DNA from: Bacteroidota bacterium
GTDB taxonomy: Bacteria; Bacteroidota; Ignavibacteria; UBA10030; SZUA-254
NCBI GenBank assembly: GCA_044449065.1
Contig: JBIOHP010000003.1
Span: 2,019 to 66,018 of the forward strand
Reading direction: 5' to 3'
DNA length: 64,000 nucleotides
Every line of letters starts with the position of its first letter. Positions within the stretch are counted from its first letter, which is position 1. The notes beneath the pieces are model-generated. The model did not search any database, was not told the origin of the DNA, and saw only the letters and a list, made by a program, of their open reading frames with translations. The position numbers were made by a program, and so were the translations under genes. This document shows positions 59,153 through 64,000 of this stretch, one piece after another.

Positions 59153-62077
59153 ATGAAAACAAAATTAAGAATCTCATTTTTAGTTTGTGTACTCATGGTG
59201 CTCGTCGCAGGAACCGGCAGCAATCTATCGGCTCAATCGAGTATATGGGTAACTGCTTATTACGCAGGGTGGCAGCAAAATTATCAAAACAACGGATATA
59301 TGCCTGCGCAGAATGTCGACTATACGGCAATGACGCATATTTGTCATTTTGCATTAATCCCAAATTCTGATGGTAGCGTGGATGATCAAGGGAATAGCGT
59401 CACCGCGTACAATGCCGGTGTTCTTATTCCTCTGGCTCATGCGAAGGGAGTTAAAGTCATCATCACCATTGGCGGGTGGGGAACAGAACCGGCGTTCATG
59501 AGCGCGACAGCCGCCGGCACGTTGCCGACGTTTGTTTCTAACATCGTTAATATTATGACCTCTCGCGGATACGATGGAGTCGATATCGATTGGGAACCAT
59601 TAAGCAGCGGCGATGCGGCGAATTATTCCGCATTTGTCACAGCGTTGAGAACAGCAATGGATAACGCAGGGGCTCCGACAAATACTCACTATTTATTGAC
59701 GATGGCAACCCAATGGTCGGCTCCGATAGCCGCATCGGTGGCAAATCAGATGGACCAAATTAATCTCATGACTTATGATATCGCCGGCTTATGGCCCGGT
59801 TGGGTTACGTGGCACAATTCGGCATTATATAACGATATTTCGATTGGCAGCCAGACAATTTCTTGCGATGGTTATGTGAAAAAATGGAATGCCGCAGGAG
59901 TTCCATTAAATAAGTTAGGCATTGGCATCGATTGGTATGGTTATAAATATTCGGGAGCTACCGGACCCCGGCAATCTATCAGCGGCGCATCGTTAGTTCA
60001 GGGCAATAGACCGTATTATACAATCATGGCAAGCGATTACCCAAGCATGACAAGAGTATGGGACGCGCCTGCCGGAGCAGTTTATCTCACGAGCAGCAGC
60101 GGCTGGGTCACCTATGATGATCAACAAAGCTGTAAAGCAAAAATTAACTACGCCCAGACCCAGGGCATCGGCGGAGTAATAATATGGGAGTTAGGCGGCG
60201 GGTATAGAGCAAGTTTACCGGCAGGACAAAGAGATTCGTTGCTCCAGGCGGTGAAACAGGCAATGGGCGGTCTGCCCTCAGATACTATTGCGCCTGTCGT
60301 TGCGATAACCTCCCCGCTCAACGGAGCCACGGTTTCCAACACGATTACGGTGAGCGCAACGGCTTCCGATAACGTCAGTGTTGCGGGCGTGCAATTTCAA
60401 TTGAACGGCGGTAATCTCGGCGGTGAAGTGACCATTCCGCCGTATAACTATTCATGGAATACGGGGCTGAAAGCGAACGGCGGTTATACGCTGAGCGCCA
60501 TAGCGCGGGACGCTGCGGGAAATAAAACAACTTCGTCGATCAGCGTAACGATTAGTAATGTTCCGGATACGACAGCTCCGAGTATTTCGATAACCGCTCC
60601 AACTGATGGAGCCAATGTCTCGGGTACCGTTACTATTACCGCTAATGCTTCCGATAATGTGGGGGTTGTCGGTGTACAATTTAAATTGAACGGGACGAAT
60701 TGCGGAAGTGAAGTCACAACGCCGCCATACGCCTATTCATGGAATACAACGCAAAATAGCAATGGTGTGTATTCGATTTCAGCAACTGCCAGAGACGCTG
60801 CGGGGAATACCTCAACCGCCGCTATTTCAGTGACGGATACGAATACAACACCGCCGCCGGGCGTATTGCCGTTTGAAGTAGTTTCAGAAGATAATTTTAA
60901 CAGACCAGACCAGCTTCCAATCGCCGGGGCAAAATGGACTACACTGGCGAACCAGCCGGGGAATGGAGCGCTTCAATTAGTCAATCAGAGCGTCCAGGCG
61001 TATTGCGCTAACGGCGTAGGATACGGGGGCGGCATGGCGTGGGATACGGTGATAACAAAGGGATCCGGTGTTACGCTTACGGTCGCACAGCGATCGGGCG
61101 ATAATACCTATACATCCCTATTCCTGTATGCCCGGATGCAAAATAAAGATCTCTCCACCGGAAACGGTTATCGGTTCCGGTATCTCGATAACTCAACCGG
61201 CAATGCATTGCTTGCTATCCAGAAAGTGACCAATGGAACGAATGGCACGGACCTGGTAACTACCAACCATACGGTAAATGTTGGAGATACATTAAAATTC
61301 GTGGTGGAAAATGACGCTAATAATACCCTCGTCGGTTATGTGAACAGCACGCTAGTGCTTTCCGTGGTCGATACCACTTATAATCCCTCGTCATGGTATT
61401 TCTGGGTGAGAGGGATGGTGACATCCACACCGGCTCAATATGACCATTTTGCAGTCATTTCCCAGATTCCCGGCATATTGCCGATTCAACTTTCTTCATT
61501 CAGCGCGCATGCTGCCGGCGCCACAGAGGTTGATTTAGATTGGACTACGATGAGTGAAGTAAATAACTATGGGTTCTATATCGAACGCCGGCTGGAATCG
61601 CAATCCGATTTTTCAACCGTCGGCGGATTTATTCCGGGCGCGGGCACGTCTCTTCAGCAGCATCAGTATTCATTAATCGATACCTCGGTGACGATAGGGA
61701 CATATCACTATCGACTGAAACAAATCGATTTAAGCGGAAAGTTTATCTATTCTACGGAAATCGTGGTTACTGTTACCGGCGTGCTTGGGGTAAAGGATAA
61801 TACGGCTCCGCGTGTGTTCCAGTTACTTCAAAATTATCCGAATCCGTTTAACCCAACAACGACGATTAATTTCACCGTGCAGAATGTTGAACACGCGCAG
61901 GTAGTTGTGTACAATGTGGTGGGACAGGAAGTTATGAAGCTGTTTGAGGGCGTCGCGGAACCCGGAAGATATTATAATTTAACTGTGGATGGCTCTAGAC
62001 TCGGCAGTGGAGTCTATCTCTATAGAATTAAAACCGACTCTCACATGGCAGTGAGAAAAATGTTGCTCATTAAATAA
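59153..62077 (+). CDS. GH18 paralog 4 (GH18, 2x Ig-like, domain X, LPIQL domain, T9SS CTD)
   Basis: DGVDIDWE, MTYD, IWELGG; shorter insertion region than paralogs 1-3; CTD. Confidence 0.92.
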   Translation: MKTKLRISFLVCVLMVLVAGTGSNLSAQSSIWVTAYYAGWQQNYQNNGYMPAQNVDYTAMTHICHFALIPNSDGSVDDQGNSVTAYNAGVLIPLAHAKGVKVIITIGGWGTEPAFMSATAAGTLPTFVSNIVNIMTSRGYDGVDIDWEPLSSGDAANYSAFVTALRTAMDNAGAPTNTHYLLTMATQWSAPIAASVANQMDQINLMTYDIAGLWPGWVTWHNSALYNDISIGSQTISCDGYVKKWNAAGVPLNKLGIGIDWYGYKYSGATGPRQSISGASLVQGNRPYYTIMASDYPSMTRVWDAPAGAVYLTSSSGWVTYDDQQSCKAKINYAQTQGIGGVIIWELGGGYRASLPAGQRDSLLQAVKQAMGGLPSDTIAPVVAITSPLNGATVSNTITVSATASDNVSVAGVQFQLNGGNLGGEVTIPPYNYSWNTGLKANGGYTLSAIARDAAGNKTTSSISVTISNVPDTTAPSISITAPTDGANVSGTVTITANASDNVGVVGVQFKLNGTNCGSEVTTPPYAYSWNTTQNSNGVYSISATARDAAGNTSTAAISVTDTNTTPPPGVLPFEVVSEDNFNRPDQLPIAGAKWTTLANQPGNGALQLVNQSVQAYCANGVGYGGGMAWDTVITKGSGVTLTVAQRSGDNTYTSLFLYARMQNKDLSTGNGYRFRYLDNSTGNALLAIQKVTNGTNGTDLVTTNHTVNVGDTLKFVVENDANNTLVGYVNSTLVLSVVDTTYNPSSWYFWVRGMVTSTPAQYDHFAVISQIPGILPIQLSSFSAHAAGATEVDLDWTTMSEVNNYGFYIERRLESQSDFSTVGGFIPGAGTSLQQHQYSLIDTSVTIGTYHYRLKQIDLSGKFIYSTEIVVTVTGVLGVKDNTAPRVFQLLQNYPNPFNPTTTINFTVQNVEHAQVVVYNVVGQEVMKLFEGVAEPGRYYNLTVDGSRLGSGVYLYRIKTDSHMAVRKMLLIK

Positions 62078-62106
62078 GTTAATCCCTCACATAAACCTCA
62101 AAATAG

Positions 62107-62141
62107 AAAGAGTCCCGTTTGCCTTGTGAGCGGGACTCTTT
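62107..62141. terminator. Bidirectional intrinsic terminator
   Basis: AAAGAGTCCCGTTTGC / GTGAGCGGGACTCTTT between convergent genes. Confidence 0.8.
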
Positions 62142-62160
62142 AATTTTACAACTCATCATA

Positions 62161-63510
62161 TTAGTCTAATTTATATTTATTCAATTTGTTGTGAAGCGTT
62201 TTCCTGCTTAACCCAAGCACTTTTGCCGCCTGCGAACGATTGTTTTTAACGGAACGAAGGGTCTGAAGAATGAGAATACGTTCGGCTTCGTTGTAGGTGC
62301 TTCCTACAGGAATAACAATAGAGTTTTCGGGATGCTTTTGCTTGGAGATTCGCGGCGGAAGAAAATCCGATTCAATGATATTTTCAGATCGCGTGACCAT
62401 CGCTCGTTCGATAATGTTGCGTAACTCGCGGACATTCCCGGGCCAATCGTACGCAAGCAATAATTTTAACGCTTCCTCTGAAAACGATTGTTTCGGTTTT
62501 CCATATTTACGCCCAAAATCTGAGAGGAAATGATCTATTAATAGAGGGAGATCCGAGCGTCTGTTGCGAAGGGGCGGGATATCGATTTCAATAACGCTGA
62601 AGCGGTAATATAAATCTTCGCGAAAATGTCCCGATGCAATCGCATCGGCAATTTTCTTGTTTGTTGCAGCGACCACTCTGACGTCGACTTTCACCTCATC
62701 ATTCCCGCCGAGCCGCCGGAATGATTTCGATTCAATGGCGCGTAAGAGTTTTGCCTGCGTATCGGGATTCATCTCGGCGATTTCATCAAAAAATAAAGTT
62801 CCGTTGTTCGCCAATTCAAAGGCGCCCATTTTTTTATTCAATGCTCCTGTAAATGCTCCCTTCTCGTGGCCAAACAATTCATTTTCGATCACATCCTTGG
62901 GGAGCGCCGCGCAGTTAATGGCGATGAACGGTTGATTTTTCCTCTCGCTTTCCTGGTGAATAAGCCGGGCAACGATATCTTTTCCCGTCCCGCTTTCGCC
63001 GGTGATAAGCACGGCTGCATTCGATTGGGATACCATGGTGATGGCGCTGCGCACCTCGTTTATTGCAGGACTCTCTCCCACCATTGTATATTCTGCAATA
63101 ACCGGTTCCTGAGGATTAATAATGGCAGGATTGGAAATAGACCGGTTATGCCTGAACTCTTCCGGCAGCATGGCGTCAAATATTTGCGCCGTCACTTCCT
63201 CAGCAACGATGAAGTCTCCCGCCCCAAGTTTAATCGCGCGAACCGCTTCTTCTACAGTGCCGTATTTCGGGATATACACCGCGCGGGTTTTCAGGTTGTG
63301 TTTCTTTATCAGGTCGAGGATTTCAACCTGAGATTCATCGAAGTATTCGCACCGGCTCAGGAATAATTGATACTTGTGCGAAAGTAATTCTTTCTTCACG
63401 CTCTCCATCGTTCGTTTTTCTGTGAACGAGAGAGGAGATTGCCGGTATGTTCCTATGAGATGAGTACAGGTCTCCTCGTTTGAATAAAATAAAAGAACAT
63501 TTTTTCCCAT
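62161..63510 (-). CDS. Sigma-54-dependent enhancer-binding protein (NtrC-like) with degenerate receiver
   Basis: GESGTGKD, ELFGHEKGAFTGA, FFDEI, FREDLYYR, WPGNVREL, Fis-type HTH. Confidence 0.95.
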   Translation of the reverse strand: MGKNVLLFYSNEETCTHLIGTYRQSPLSFTEKRTMESVKKELLSHKYQLFLSRCEYFDESQVEILDLIKKHNLKTRAVYIPKYGTVEEAVRAIKLGAGDFIVAEEVTAQIFDAMLPEEFRHNRSISNPAIINPQEPVIAEYTMVGESPAINEVRSAITMVSQSNAAVLITGESGTGKDIVARLIHQESERKNQPFIAINCAALPKDVIENELFGHEKGAFTGALNKKMGAFELANNGTLFFDEIAEMNPDTQAKLLRAIESKSFRRLGGNDEVKVDVRVVAATNKKIADAIASGHFREDLYYRFSVIEIDIPPLRNRRSDLPLLIDHFLSDFGRKYGKPKQSFSEEALKLLLAYDWPGNVRELRNIIERAMVTRSENIIESDFLPPRISKQKHPENSIVIPVGSTYNEAERILILQTLRSVKNNRSQAAKVLGLSRKTLHNKLNKYKLD

Positions 63511-63717
63511 CAGAAAACGCCCGGCTCCCGGTAAAATGTCTCCTGCATCTTAACCATTGTGTCTGGAAAGAAATTGCTGAATCTCTGTTTGGTTATGACG
63601 ATACATGAAAGTCGAAATCGCGCGGTGCAGTACCATAGAACAAGAAGAGTATTGATTTCTAACAGTATACGTGTGACTGTAAGGATGTATTTTAAATGAT
63701 TGAAATCGCAATGAATA

Positions 63718-64000
63718 TTACGTCTTCTTCCCGGGTTCGGTTTTGATAATTCCATTTTCGAGGGCGTATCGCACCAGGTTTGCCGTGTCATGAATATCAA
63801 GCTTTTGCATGATCTTGGCGCGGTGCGTATTGATCGTGTTAAGACTCAGCGATAATTTATCGGCGATTTCACGGTTTGTCAATCCTTGGGAGATAAATTG
63901 GAGCACCTCGAGTTCACGGCTCGTCAGAGTCAGGTCCGGGGGACCATCCTCGCTAACCTCGGTCCGGGCGCGTTGAATAAACTTTTCTATCATGAGCTTT
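63718..64000 (-). CDS. LuxR/NarL family regulator, C-terminal part (runs off the window)
   Basis: LTSRELEVLQ....GLTNREIA..L.LS..T..THR..IM.KL. Confidence 0.9.
   Translation of the reverse strand, partial: KLMIEKFIQRARTEVSEDGPPDLTLTSRELEVLQFISQGLTNREIADKLSLSLNTINTHRAKIMQKLDIHDTANLVRYALENGIIKTEPGKKT

Noticed and set aside
46806-62077. CRISPR, DGR or invertible-cassette explanation for the repeated sequence
   Set aside because: The repeats are diverged coding paralogy. No short regular repeat-spacer array, reverse transcriptase or recombinase is seen.
63510-63800. 96-aa ORF upstream of the sigma-54 activator
   Set aside because: It overlaps the LuxR gene out of frame and has no recognisable motif.

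Overview
Bacterial chromosomal DNA, most likely from an Ignavibacteria-like (FCB group) organism. This rests on five type IX secretion (T9SS) C-terminal domains, a PorV-family gene, and TTGACA-type promoters with Shine-Dalgarno sites. No rRNA, tRNA, CRISPR array or mobile element was seen. The first 11.6 kb holds housekeeping and accessory genes: an ECF sigma/anti-sigma/HEAT operon, DUF2235, Crp-YceI-SnoaL, GT9 and a persulfide dioxygenase-rhodanese fusion. From 11.8 to 40.4 kb lies a divergent Wzx/Wzy polysaccharide locus. Its left arm (about 20 kb, minus strand) is preceded by a good sigma-54 promoter. It carries an unusual tailoring cassette: deacetylase, GNAT, methyltransferase, the sulfolactate genes comA-comB, an ATP-grasp ligase, a GH9, and a catalytically rewritten stand-alone GlmS glutaminase domain. 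It also contains an unlisted 55-aa membrane protein. The right arm joins wza and a WecA fusion to a PorV-family gene and an FN3-repeat T9SS cargo protein. After this come aceB-aceA, a partly decayed two-component cluster, four mosaic GH18 T9SS paralogs sharing an unrecognised ~190-aa domain, and a sigma-54 activator with a degenerate receiver domain. The best candidate for a new system is a sigma-54-controlled, possibly T9SS-coupled surface polysaccharide decorated with sulfolactate; this is inference from gene context.
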